A stretch of 64,000 nucleotides of DNA from the human T2T-CHM13v2.0 reference genome, Homo sapiens. Shown piece by piece: positions 13,201 through 24,099 of this stretch. Location: contig CP086569.2 in NCBI GenBank assembly GCA_009914755.4, positions 22,176,001 to 22,240,000 of the forward strand. The letters run 5' to 3'. Under the pieces are notes generated by a model that was not told the origin of the DNA, did no database searches, and saw only the letters and a program-made list of their open reading frames with translations. Both the position numbers and the translations under genes were made by a program. Every line of letters starts with the position of its first letter. Positions within the stretch are counted from its first letter, which is position 1.

Positions 13201-13380
13201 ATTTTCTAGGTTTTCTAAACGAATTTTTATTGCTTGTATTGCACTAATTTGGTATAGAAATACTAAATTGTATTAGTTTAGACACATGAATTCGTAAGAT
13301 TATCATATTTAAGAAATATTTATAAACAACTAAAACTTAGCCATTTAAGACACAGTGATGTTACTTAACTAAAAAGTTGT

Positions 13381-13430
13381 TTTTTTTTTTGTTGTTTTTT
13401 TTTTGTTTTTTTTTTGTTTTTTTTTCGTAA
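13381..13430 (+). repeat. T-rich (T)n/(GT4-10) tract, polypyrimidine run upstream of an exon acceptor
   Basis: tttttttttttgttgttttttttttgtttttttttttgtttttttttcg. Confidence 0.7.
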
Positions 13431-13436
13431 ACACAG

Positions 13437-13896
13437 AAGATGGTGGATACACTTTTGATCTCAACATGACTTCTTCTAGGGGGCCATTTCCATTTAAAAA
13501 AAGGTCCATGTTCAAGAAGTGGAGGTCCTCTTCCTAAAAAATCTGCTCCTTCTGGGCCGGCTGCGGTGGCTCACGCCTGTAATCCCAGCACTTTGCGAGG
13601 CCGAGGCGGGCAGATTACGAGGTCAGGAGATCGAGACCATCCTGGCTAACAGGGTAAAACCCCATCTCTACTAAAAATAAAAAAAAAATTAGCCAGGCAT
13701 GGTGGCAGGCACCTGTAGTTCTAGGTAGTCGGGAGGCTGAGGCAGGAGAATGGCATGAACACGGGAGGTGGAGTTTGCAGGGACCCGAGATTGCGCCACT
13801 GCACTCCAGCTTGGGCGACAGAGCGAGACTCCCTTTCAAAAAAAAAATCTGCTCCTTGTATTGTGGCCAGAAGCAATAGTGGGATGGGAGGCCAAG
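13437..13896 (+). pseudogene. RBMY-like exon ([22 protein letters not shown] / [16 protein letters not shown] | [14 protein letters not shown]) split by an AluY insertion at 13551-13847 and carrying a 1-bp frameshift in an A-run
   Basis: Acceptor acacag|aagatgg after a long T-rich tract and donor gccaag|gtaaat; aligns to RBMY [52 protein letters not shown]. Confidence 0.85.
13551..13847 (+). mobile_element. Young Alu (AluY/S-like) inserted inside a coding exon, with an intact 14-16 bp target-site duplication aaaa(a)tctgctcctt
   Basis: gccggctgcggtggctcacgcctgtaatcccagcactttg...gagatcgagaccatcctggctaac...ccactgcactccagcttgggcgacagagcgagactccc then A10; the target-site duplication is at 13535-13550 and 13838-13857. 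Confidence 0.9.
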
Positions 13897-14246
13897 GTAA
13901 ATGCTATCTTATAGAAAGACAGTTGTTTTTGTATGACAAAAAAATGAGTTATTTTAACAGGATGCTTAACTTTTAGTTCAAGAAACAAAATAGTAGTGAC
14001 ATACACATGGGCATATTTACTAATTGATAGCTTTTATTGTAGTTTCCGTCTCACTAGGTTAATTTCACATTCATGATGAGGAAATACTTTAGCTTCTAAT
14101 TGTAAATCAAAGAAGTGATTACACTGAGGCAAACATTAGTTTTAATCCTGTGTTTGCCAGAGAATTCCTCTTAATTTTTCTTAAAGTTCCTGGCACTATA
14201 CTTTGATGGTTGGCTTCTTAATCTAATGAATTATTCCATTTCCTAG

Positions 14247-14700
14247 GTCCCTGGGTAGTGGTCCTCCAGTGGGTCAATCTAAAAATTGTTTGTTCAGTTT
14301 CTTTGTTGGGTTGGAGTCTTGTTCTCACCAGGTCAGAGTGTGTTGGTGAGATGATGGCTCACTACAGCCTCAAATTCCTGGGCTGAAGCAATTCTCCTGT
14401 TTCAGCCTCCTGCATTGCTGTACCTACAAGTGTGCACCACCACACATAGCTAAATTTGTTTTTCTTTTTTCTATACTTTTGTAGAGACAAGATCTCATTA
14501 CATTGTCGTAGCTGATATTAAAGCCCTGGGCTCAAGCTGTCCAGCTGCCTCAGCCTTCCACACTGGCTCATGGTGTGAGCCACTGCGCTTGGCCATCCAG
14601 GTTCTAAGACCTCAATAATACTTATGTGCAAGGAATTCTTACTGGTTATGTGAGGATACTAAGAACTAAAAGAGCTTATTTTGCAAATAAGCAATCACTG
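14247..14700 (+). pseudogene. Probable degenerated RBMY-like exon 6 (..SGPPVGQSKN.. / ..EDTKN..) interrupted by an old Alu at 14298-14594
   Basis: Acceptor ttcctag|gtccc; SLGSGPPVGQSKN ~ RBMX DSYGGPPRREPLP, and after the Alu ggatactaagaactaaaagagcttatt ~ RBMX ggatactctactaaagacagctattca (DGYSTKDSYS); the frame is not conserved. Confidence 0.4.
14298..14594 (-). mobile_element. Old Alu (AluJ-like) lying within the putative exon 6
   Basis: tttctttgttgggttggagtcttgttctcaccaggtcagagtg...ggctcactacagcctcaaattcctgggctgaagcaattctcctg...tggtgtgagccactgcgcttggcc. Confidence 0.8.
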
Positions 14701-16329
14701 GGCTTAAACAATATTTAATAATAAAATTAAGGCTTGAAAGATAGACTTGAAGGAGTCCAGCATTTTTAAGTTTAGTGCATACCACAAAAGTTCAGAGTTG
14801 TGAAATATATGGGGGTGTAAATTACTCATTAAGATTGTACAGGGATGTTGAAACCTTAACACAAGATCCTTAGTGTAGGATTTGAAATTATTTGAGAATT
14901 TAGTTCTAAGCAGCCTGAGGTGAACAGTAGGATTGAATAGAAGTAATGTTTTTGAGAAGAAGTGTAAGATTTCAGACTGAACAGAAGAAAGCAAGACAAT
15001 AATATAACAGTTCTTAGCAAAGAAATTTAAGGAGAACAAATTAAAATTCTTACCTAGCCCTCCTTCCTAATATGGAGGAAATTGAAAACTGCCATTTTCA
15101 ACATTTCGCATATAGAGTATCAGTGAAGTTAAATATTTATTGATATCAGAATACACAAGCCAGCACATTTCCATTAGAAGACTAGCCAGTGAACACATCA
15201 TAGGAGAAAGACTGACCTCTCTGAATTACCATGTGAAGAGTATGATAAAAGAGGAAGTTTTCTGTTTTTGAAAGAGGTACAATGTTGTAATGACCCCTTT
15301 AAGAGTATTGCTAACTGCAGTAAAAGTAAATATTGGCCATGATTAGAAGAGCTGTACTAGGACATTTTAATTTGTCAACATTTAAGATAGAGCCAATCAC
15401 TTAGAGATAAAGGAGCACTTTTATGTAAAAATTTAGTATGCAGTCGTTCAAAGGTAGCAGTATTTGTGTGTGTGAGATGGATTGAACAACATGGGAAAAT
15501 TTACCTTCTTCAGCTGAGAAAGGACAACATATGTAAACTTTATATTCAGTGAAGAGTTTGATGGTTTTACATGCTTTCCCTGAGTCAATAGTAATCATCA
15601 GTAATTCATATGAAAAGAAAAATAATAACTAACTAGTTATTAACAATTAAAAATGAACTTTTACCTAAGAATTAATGTCTGCCTTCAGCTTCGTTAGAAG
15701 AGCTGGCCTTGTGGAGGCATGGGATTATCCAAAGCCAGAAGAAATATTTAAGTGTCATGAATGTCTAGTAATTTAGGGAAAGAAGAATAGAGTCATACAA
15801 GAAATAATTTTAAAAAGTTGTTTTACAGAAGAAAAAACAGTGTTTCAGATTTTGTGTCCTTTACATAATATTTAATCATTTTAACATTAAATATCCCATG
15901 TCACTTGGATGAGAGAATTATGGAGGTCCTCCATGCAGAGAGCCAGTCTCTTCCTGAAGAAATGACCATGTGTCACCAAGAGATGAGGGTTATGCAACTA
16001 AGGATAGGTAAAGGAAAAATGGAAAAATAGTTGACTTTTGTGTGGTGATGAAATTCAAATAACAAAATTAAACATTTAAAGGTAAATAGTTAAGTGGTGT
16101 TTAATGCATTCTGTGTGGTGCAACAACTACCACCACCTAGTTCCAAAACATTCTCATCACTCCAAACTACAGCTTCACTACCAGCTAAGCAGTTCATTTC
16201 ATTTTCTCCCTTCTGTCAGCCACTAGCAAACAACAATCTGTTTTCTGCCTCTGAACTTACTTTTTCTGGGCGTTTCATGTTAATGAGCTCAAACACTACA
16301 CGACTTTTTATATCTGTCTCCTTTCATTT

Positions 16330-16840
16330 TGCGTGATGCCATGAATGTTCATTTACATTGTAGCACTTCTTTCCTTACACAAGCTGCTAACCCATTATTT
16401 TATTTGGGTTGTTTCCACCACAGTATTTCTATATGCACATATTTGTTTGGGTACACTTATTCAATTCTCGGTATATATGAGTGGAATTTCTTGGTCCTAT
16501 AAAAATTGTGTTTATTTTCTTGAGGAAGCACCACATTTCTTCATACTACCTGCATCATTTTCCATTCCATCTAGAATTGTATCAGGGTTACAGATTATCT
16601 ACATCCTCTCAAACACTTGGTATTTCCTGCTTTTTAAAATTTATTTCCATTCCAGTTATGTGTGAAGTATGGTATCTCATTTTGGTTTTGAAATGCATTT
16701 TCTGAATAACTAATTATGATTATTTGTTCCATGTGCTTTTTGAGCATTTGCATATTTTATTTGGAGAAATATCTGTTCAGATGTTTGGCCTTTTATTTTG
16801 TTTAAGTTGTAAGTTATGTTTTGGATCCTAGAAGTTGATA
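16330..16840 (-). mobile_element. Old L1 (L1M) ORF2 C-terminal region fragment, antisense, in a pseudogene intron
   Basis: The + strand is the reverse complement of an L1 ORF2 3' region (...ttatttgggttgtttccaccacagtatttctat...tggtatctcattttggttttgaaatgcattttctgaataactaattatg...gagcatttgcatattttatttggagaaatatctgttcagatgtttggcc). Confidence 0.5.
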
Positions 16841-16871
16841 ATTTAAAATTTGTTGCTTTAACTTATGGAAG

Positions 16872-16985
16872 TAGAATTCATACAAGTTCCTGAGACACCA
16901 GGGATGATGCTCCACCACCTAAAGATTATGGATACCATGACTACGGTCGTTCTAGTTGGAGTGAACAATCCTCTGGAGGATATAG
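16872..16985 (+). pseudogene. Single SRGY-box exon of the RBMY-like pseudogene with a CGA->TGA nonsense codon
   Basis: [37 protein letters not shown] ~ RBMY [33 protein letters not shown]; donor tatag|gtact. Confidence 0.75.
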
Positions 16986-17057
16986 GTACTAAAATAATTT
17001 CTGGTTTTGTCAAAGAGATTTCTTAAGTTTTTCCTGCTGACATTAACAAACGTTTTT

Positions 17058-17155
17058 TAAATTTAATGACCGTGATGGCTACCAAGGGGGCTGTGGTAGA
17101 GATCATTCTGAACATCCAAGTGGAAGTTCTTACAGAGATGCATATCAGAGTTATG
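17058..17155 (+). pseudogene. RBMY-like exon ([31 protein letters not shown]), open
   Basis: Aligns to [34 protein letters not shown]; donor ttatg|gtaagtg; the upstream acceptor is not evident. Confidence 0.75.
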
Positions 17156-17578
17156 GTAAGTGTCTGGGTTTGATTTGTAAATTATAGTATTATATTTAAT
17201 AGATGAGATCATTGCTTTAATAAAATTTTAAGGAAGATCATAAAGGAAAAATATAGCATGTTTAAACACTGAGAACTGAGAATTGTTAACAGTATAATGC
17301 ATAGTGAACATGTAGATGAGAACTTCAGTTCATTTTCAGAAAATGTGACTTAACATCGTTTATTTTAAAATAAACTTTCTTATACTTCGAAATACTATTC
17401 TTATGCTTCTTTACAATAAAACCTTTTGACTGTTTCAGGCATAATAATATGCTCTCAATGAAGACAGGGGAAAGCAGATTTTTCCAAATAGTACTTTAAC
17501 TGAGACATGCATTAGTGATACCATTAAAAATGTTTAAATGTAGTTCATTATAAGTTCTATATTTTATCAACCTTGCAG

Positions 17579-18154
17579 GGACCTCTCATGGTGCACCACC
17601 TGCACGAGGGCCTCAGATGAGTTATGGTGGAAGTATTCACTATGATTATAACTGTACATGAGATGGATATGGCAGAAGTCAGCAGAGTTACTCACGGAGG
17701 TGGTGATGTGTATTCCTGTGATCATGGGCACAGTGGCAGAAAAGAGTGAAGGAATCACCGCATATTCTCACTCATAGGTGGGAATGGAACAATGAGAACA
17801 CATGGACACAGGAAGGGGAACATCACACTTTGGGGACTGTTGTGGGGTGGGGGGAGGGGGGAGGGGGGAGGGATAGCATTGGGAGATATACCTAATGCTA
17901 GATGATGAGTTAGTGGGTGCAGCACACCAGCATGGCACAGGTATACATATGTAACTAACCTGCACATTGTGCACATGTAACCTAAAACTTAAAGTATAAT
18001 AATAAAAAAAGAAAAAAAAGAGTAAAGGAATCTACCTTCTGTGGATAGGGTGCACCCTGCTCCTCATGAAGGATACGATAGCTCAAGTTATGGAGCACCT
18101 ACAGGAAGTGGTGGGGGAAGCCGATGTGAAAAAGGAGACTGAAGCAGATATTAA
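17579..18154 (+). pseudogene. Terminal coding exon of the RBMY-like pseudogene, interrupted by a 5'-truncated L1 at 17757-18015; contains nonsense codons and a frameshift; original TAA at 18152-18154
   Basis: Acceptor ccttgcag|gg; [38 protein letters not shown]...GGDVYSCDHGHSGRKE*RN[L1]LPSVDRVHPAPHEGYDSSSYGAPTGSGGGSRCEKGD*SRY* versus [103 protein letters not shown]. Confidence 0.8.
17757..18015 (+). mobile_element. 5'-truncated L1 3' end (ORF2 stop, 3' UTR and poly(A)) inserted into the terminal coding exon, with a 17 bp target-site duplication aaaagagt(g/a)aaggaatc
   Basis: accgcatattctcactcataggtgggaatggaacaatgagaacacatggacacaggaaggggaacatcacac...gggagatatacctaatgctagatgatgagttagtgggtgcagcacaccagcatggcacag...aacctaaaacttaaagtataataataaaaaaag; the target-site duplication is at 17740-17756 and 18016-18032. 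Confidence 0.85.
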
Positions 18155-18186
18155 AGGAGATATTAAAAATAATACTTACCGTGGTA

Positions 18187-18345
18187 TTCAGCAGTCTGAG
18201 GCAGGAGAATTAATTGCTTGTACCCAGAAGGCAGAGATTGCAGTGAGCCAAGATCTCATCACTGTGCTCCAGTCTGGGAAACAAAGCAAAACTGTCTCAC
18301 AAAATAAAAACAAAGAAAGAAAAAAAATAAAGAAAGATAATAGTT
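18187..18345 (+). mobile_element. Alu right-arm fragment in the pseudogene 3' flank
   Basis: cagtctgaggcaggagaattaattgcttgtacccagaaggcagagattgcagtgagccaagatctcatcactgtgctccagtctgggaaacaaagcaaaactgtctcacaaaataaaaac. Confidence 0.7.
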
Positions 18346-19206
18346 ATTGCTTACCAAACCTTGCTTGCAAAGCAAAAATTAAAATATTATTTCTGCATCA
18401 TTACGTGAGTACCACTAAAACAAAATGTTGATTTTGGAGGGAGAGGTAGATCCTAACTTCCTCTATGAATTTTTTGGGTATTAAGATGAAAATGAATTTC
18501 TTTCAAAGTAATTTCATAATTGTTAATGCTATTTGAAAACTATCTGTTTAGATGATATGGGTGTATTAAAACGTTTAGAATAAAATTATACATATAATAG
18601 GTAATGCCTGATTTCATTGCTACACATGTTTAAAAGCAAATTTAATAGGAGACTAAATTGCGATGTTTGTTGAAAATTTTCTTTTGTAGCTTTGAATAAA
18701 ACTAAATACAAAAGTAGGCATAGGTTACGTCTCCCTTGCAAACTGCACACATTTTCTAATTAGGCTGTGTTTCTCTTTAAAAACTTACAAGCTTTAAAAG
18801 TTTTAGAAGTCTTCAGAAAGACTACAAAACTGTCTGTCTCACCATAAGATGTTTACAATTCAGAGGAATCATGTAGGTAAAAGGAAATAATTAGATATCA
18901 TTGATACTAAAGTTTAAGACATGCAGAACATTCTTCTTGAAGCATTCTGTGACTGAAAGGGGATAATGGTGATGAAAACATTTTTTTCCACCTAAACAAA
19001 AACTGAACCAGCTACGTTTCCTGAGTACATAGCTTAATGAAATTAAGTGTTCCTAATTTAAATAGTGGAAAATAAGTGTTTTTACACGGGAAGTACCCAT
19101 GTTAATGAATTCCTATAATATTTGGCAATGGTTGTTGCTAAGGAATGGTTTAGCAATAAGTTCTTACAAATAGAAATTATCTAGAAGGCTTGGGATTTTA
19201 TCAGAA

Positions 19207-19488
19207 TTTTTTTTTTAAGACAGATTCTAGCTTTGTCACCCAAGCTGTGGTGCAGTGGCTGGATCTTGGCTCACTGTGACCACTGCCTTCTGGGTTCAAG
19301 CTATTCTCCTGCCTCAGCATCCTGAGTTACTGGGTTTATAGGTGTGTGCCACCACAGTTGGCTAATTTTTTTGTATTTTTAGTACAGAGAGCATTTCACC
19401 ATGTTGGCCTGACTGGTCTTAAAAACCTGATTCACCCTCCTTGGCCTCCCAAAGTGCTAGGATTACAGGCATGAGCCACCAGGCTCAG
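19207..19488 (-). mobile_element. Alu (full length)
   Basis: Poly-T then aagacagattctagctttgtcacccaagctgtggtgcagtggc...ctcccaaagtgctaggattacaggcatgagccaccaggctcag. Confidence 0.85.
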
Positions 19489-19989
19489 ACTATCAGATTT
19501 AAGTGAAGGTATGAATAGGAATGCTTTAAACCTCATGGTTTTTGGAAAGTGAAGTGTATAAAACATAAAACAACATCATAAAGTTTCAGACAAGTGATTG
19601 CTTAAAGGTTTAAGATATTTAAGATATCATCTAATGATAAAAATGAAAAGATTTGGACCCAAGTAAGTGAACCAATTAATTTTCCTGATCATACAACTTA
19701 AAGAAATGAAATATATGAAGATCCAGAATTTTACAGTCCATAATTCTTAAAATTTACAGCCTAATCTGTAAGGAGGATGTATTTTTATGAGAAAATTTTG
19801 ACAAGATCATAGTTTTTATAGCGTAAGGGTGCAAATAATTTTAAAGGGAGAAGTTACCAACTTTGATTTTCAAGTGAGTTATTTATGTTATGAAGTTGTG
19901 TTTTTATTCGCCTATAATGTAGGATTGTGAAAGGATACAACTCCCTAGTCTTGTGTATCTTTACAACAGCAACACAAGAAACAGTGTCT

Positions 19990-20282
19990 GTCCAGGTGTG
20001 ATGGCTCCAGTCTTATATCCCAGCATTTTGGGTGGCTGAGTGGGCATAGCACTTCAACTGAGGAGTTTGAAACCAGCCTGGGCAACATGGAGAAATCTTG
20101 TCTGTACAAAATAGACAAAACATTTACTGGATGTGGTAGTGCATCAGTGTAGTACCAGATTTTTGGGGGCTGAGGCGGATGATCGCTTGAGCCCATGACA
20201 TCCGGGTTTCGGTGAGCCTATTTGCTCCATTGCATTTCAGCCTGCATGACAAAGCAAGACCCTGTCCAAAAAAAAAAAAAAA
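19990..20282 (+). mobile_element. Old Alu (AluJ-like) with poly(A)
   Basis: gtccaggtgtgatggctccagtcttatatcccagcattttgggtggctgag...gtttgaaaccagcctgggcaacatggagaaatc...gcatttcagcctgcatgacaaagcaagaccctgtccaaaaaaaaaaaaaa. Confidence 0.8.
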
Positions 20283-20699
20283 GGGGGGGGAAAAGGAAAA
20301 AGTATCTGTGATACTCTCTCCCTAGGATTTTTTAACCCAAATTATCTCCATGAGGCATTCTGTCATAATGATTAAAAGGTAGGGGAAACAGAAGAGTAAC
20401 CTGTAACATACCATTTATCAACCTTGTAACAGGGATTCTGTTTCAGCAGGTTAGAGTAAATGGAGAAAAATCATTAAATAACAAAAGCTAAAGCCTTATT
20501 GCATCATTTTTCATAGGAACATAATGCTTATGAATGAATAATAGGATAATTTTTTTATCATATTTGTCCATATGCATTGCTATGAGAAAATACCTGGATT
20601 TGATAGTTTATAACAAACATTTCTTGTAATCCCAGAGGCTGAGAAGCCCAAGGTCAAGGCATTAGCAAATACAGGGTACAGGTGAAGGGTCACTTCCTG

Positions 20700-20735
20700 G
20701 ATTTTATTTTTATTTTTATTTATTTATTTATATTT
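20700..20735 (+). repeat. (TTTA/TTTAT)n simple repeat forming the tail of the adjacent Alu
   Basis: attttatttttatttttatttatttatttatattt. Confidence 0.8.
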
Positions 20736-21013
<278 letters not shown>

Positions 21014-21654
21014 CACTTCTTGGATTTGAAACACCCCTCTTGCTAAGTCTACACATAGTAGAAGTGGCTTGGGAACTCTATAGTCTTTTAGGAGTGCGCT
21101 AATAACATTTATGAGGGTACTGTCTTCCTGAACTGATTACTTCCCATCAAAGGCCCTTTTCCCCTTCCAGCAGGAAGCCAAGTGACACTTCCACATGTTG
21201 AGCTTAAGGATGGTGGTGTGAGGTGGCAGTGATGATGTAATGAATTCTTTGGTTTGCAGTGTTTAACGCCTCCAGTGTTGGCATCAGGTATTAAAGGCAT
21301 GAAGATGATTTTTTAATTATTCAAATGTAGTCATCCACCTTCAGCTTACAAGGTTTGGGGACAACTGGGCAGTTTTACTTTTCAGTGATGCTAAATCATG
21401 AAAGGGGGATACAGTGTTGAAATTTTAGTTTGGAGAGTTGTAGCTATATATTGGATAAAATCAGAATTGAAATTGTAGACTAATAAAATATGTAAGACAA
21501 CTCACATGAGTGTGTTTTAGTTTTCCATTGAAACAAAATTCTCTCTGCAGTTACTTCTCTTAACTCTTGTTCACAAAATAAGTTTGGTCTGACTAGATTT
21601 GTCCTCATTTTTTACCTAAGTGCAGTAAGAATTGTCATTGACCACAAAGACATA

Positions 21655-21755
21655 CGTATATACATATTTTATTATATATTTTATATATATTATATAATAT
21701 CTTATATCTTATATATTTTATTATATATAATTTATATATATATATATATAATTTT
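21655..21755 (+). repeat. AT-rich (TA/TATAT)n simple repeat
   Basis: atatacatattttattatatattttatatatattatataatatcttatatcttatatattttattatatataatttatatatatatatatataa. Confidence 0.8.
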
Positions 21756-21759
21756 TTTA

Positions 21760-22031
21760 ATTACAGACAGTGTCCAGCTCACTGCAATCTCCACCTTGTG
21801 GTCTGAAGTGATCCTCCAACCTCAGCCTCCTGAGTAGCTGAGACCATAGGCACAAACCGTTATGCTTGGCTAATTCTGTATGTTGTTTGTTTGTTTGTCT
21901 GTTTGTTTGATTTTGGAGATAGGGTTTTACCATGTTGCGCAGGCTAGTCTTGAACTTCTGGGCTGAAGTGGTTCTCCCACCTCTGCCTCTGAATTTGCTG
22001 GGATTTCAGGTGTGAGCCACCATGACCGGCC
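21760..22031 (-). mobile_element. Alu with internal deletion near its 3' (tail) end and (GTTT)n in the linker
   Basis: acagacagtgtccagctcactgcaatctccacc...cctcagcctcctgagtagctgagaccataggc...gctgggatttcaggtgtgagccaccatgaccggcc. Confidence 0.8.
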
Positions 22032-22580
22032 ACAGAGGCCTTTCCACCTCACTTGGTGAGAACTTTATATAATTAGTTTCACATTATACTTTTTAAAGCC
22101 TTGAGACTAGAAATCAAGCCAGGAACTTGCCACCAGACTTCCCTTTCAGATTCTATACATTTGGTTGAACTCCTTTCCTCTCAGAGTCCTCAAATATCGT
22201 GAGGTTCCAGAGCTTGCCCAGAAGTAATCTTTCTCACATCGTCGGCTAGGAACTCTAACAAACTAACAGGCTGGTTTTTCCAAGAGGGCTCTATAAGTAT
22301 TTTCCCCACAGTCAACTTTAGTTCTTAAAGCTGACTGGTTATCCCTGATTGTATGCAAATCATTCTTAAATGTATTTGATATTTCAGACAAGGCTTTGTA
22401 ATAAAACCAGGTTCCAATTAGGTTCTGTTGAAAAGAGAACACATTCTTACTGAACTTTATAAATGACTCAGTTGCTATATAAATGTTTATAAAATCTTAA
22501 ATGTCCAGTGAACATAACATAGCTTAACTAATAAATTAGTAAATCCAAGAAGGATACAAATGACAAATGTATTCTCTCTC

Positions 22581-22880
22581 TTTTCTTTTTTATCTTTTGA
22601 GATTGAGTCTTGCCCTCTCACCGAGGCTGGACTGCAGTGGCATGATGTCGGCTCACTGCAACCCCTGCCTCCCGAGTTCAAGCAATTCTCCTGCCTCGGC
22701 CTCCCAAGTAGCTGAGATTACAGCTGCATACTACCATTCCTGGCTAATTTTTCTATTTCTAGTAGATATGGGGTTTTGACATAATGGCCAGGCTGGTCTC
22801 AAACTCCTGACCCCAGATGATCCACCTGCCTCGGCCTCCCAATGTGTTGGGATTAAAGGCATGAGCTACCATGCCTGGCC
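22581..22880 (-). mobile_element. Alu (full length)
   Basis: ttttttatcttttgagattgagtcttgccctctcaccgaggctggactgcagtggc...cctcccaatgtgttgggattaaaggcatgagctaccatgcctggcc. Confidence 0.85.
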
Positions 22881-23978
22881 CACAAATGTCTTTTTATACT
22901 TAATAATAACAACAATTTGTAATATGTAGCTGTTTGTATTAAACAATTTTAAAGTAATCTTAGTTACTAAATATTTGCATGAGTGATGTGAGCTTGAATA
23001 CATATTTCTAGAAAGGATTGTTAGGAGTATGTAATTCACAATAGTGATCATTTATCTCTAAGCCAATTTGAATAGCTCCCTTTTAAGTGATATTAAAAAT
23101 TAACTTGGTAATAATATCCAGAGATAGAAATATATCACACACACGTAGCACATATGCATAAAAATATAGAGACAAAAAGATTACGTAGCTCTCCTAAAAT
23201 TTAGTCATGAATGAGGCAATAGGGTAATATAAAACTTGCTGGTTTATGTCCATTTTATATTGTGTCTAAATTGTTCTTCTGAAAAATGATACAAGGTTGC
23301 CTATTCAATAGGAGGTCTGATACCTTTTGTCTGTATTGATGAAGAAGAATTTTATGATATTATTTTGCCCTAATATTTTATCTGTGGAGCCAGAGGACTA
23401 CATTTTAGGCATAGAATACATCTAGTTGCAGTCTGGATGTCTCCAAAGGCTGGGTAGATAAAATACTCAATCCCTTCTAATTAGCATTTTTCATTTCAGC
23501 TTCAGGCCAATAATTTTTTGGAGGGTGGGGAAGATACTTGAGTCACTCCAGAGCCTCTGATTTAGTGGGCCTACAATTCTGTTGACTATAAAGAGTTGAA
23601 AGGATAAAATAGGAAGGAAAAGGCTTGCTTAGGGGTAGATGGAAGAATGATGAGAGGTTTGAGGGAGGATATGTCAAAGGATTCAAGGAAGGTAAAGGGA
23701 AGATTGAAGGTAGTGAAAGGAGAAACAAGAAACATGAGTAATAAGAAGGAAGATATCAAAGAGGCACCACTGTAAGGAGATGTTAAGTTTCTCAAAGATC
23801 ATGGAAGTTCCAAATTATCCTTGAAAAATGCATGCCAACAACAAGGATATAGAGTTACCAAAGCCTAAAGTCCACAAGGGTTCAAGAAAGTGGGTTTTAG
23901 TTGGCTATGAGACTTCCATTGGAGAGGCAAGAATACAAATAAAGAACAGAGAGGTTTCAAAGAGCTTCAATGAAGATT

Positions 23979-24095
23979 AGAGATAGAGATAATGGGATAG
24001 AAAGATAGAGATAGAGATAGAGATAGAGATAGAGATAGAGAAAGAGATAGAGATACAGATAGAGATACAGATAGAGATAGATAAAGATAGAGATT
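23979..24095 (+). repeat. (GATAGA)n / (AGATAGAGAT)n microsatellite
   Basis: agagatagagataatgggatagaaagatagagatagagatagagatagagatagagatagagaaagagatagagatacagatagagatacagatagagatagataaagatagagat. Confidence 0.85.
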
Positions 24096-24099
24096 AACT

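Noticed and set aside
18066-18431. 121 aa ORF beginning MKDTIAQVMEHLQEVVGEADVKKE...
   Set aside because: It is an out-of-frame reading across the 3' end of the RBMY-like terminal exon and then runs into an Alu fragment, so it is not an independent gene.
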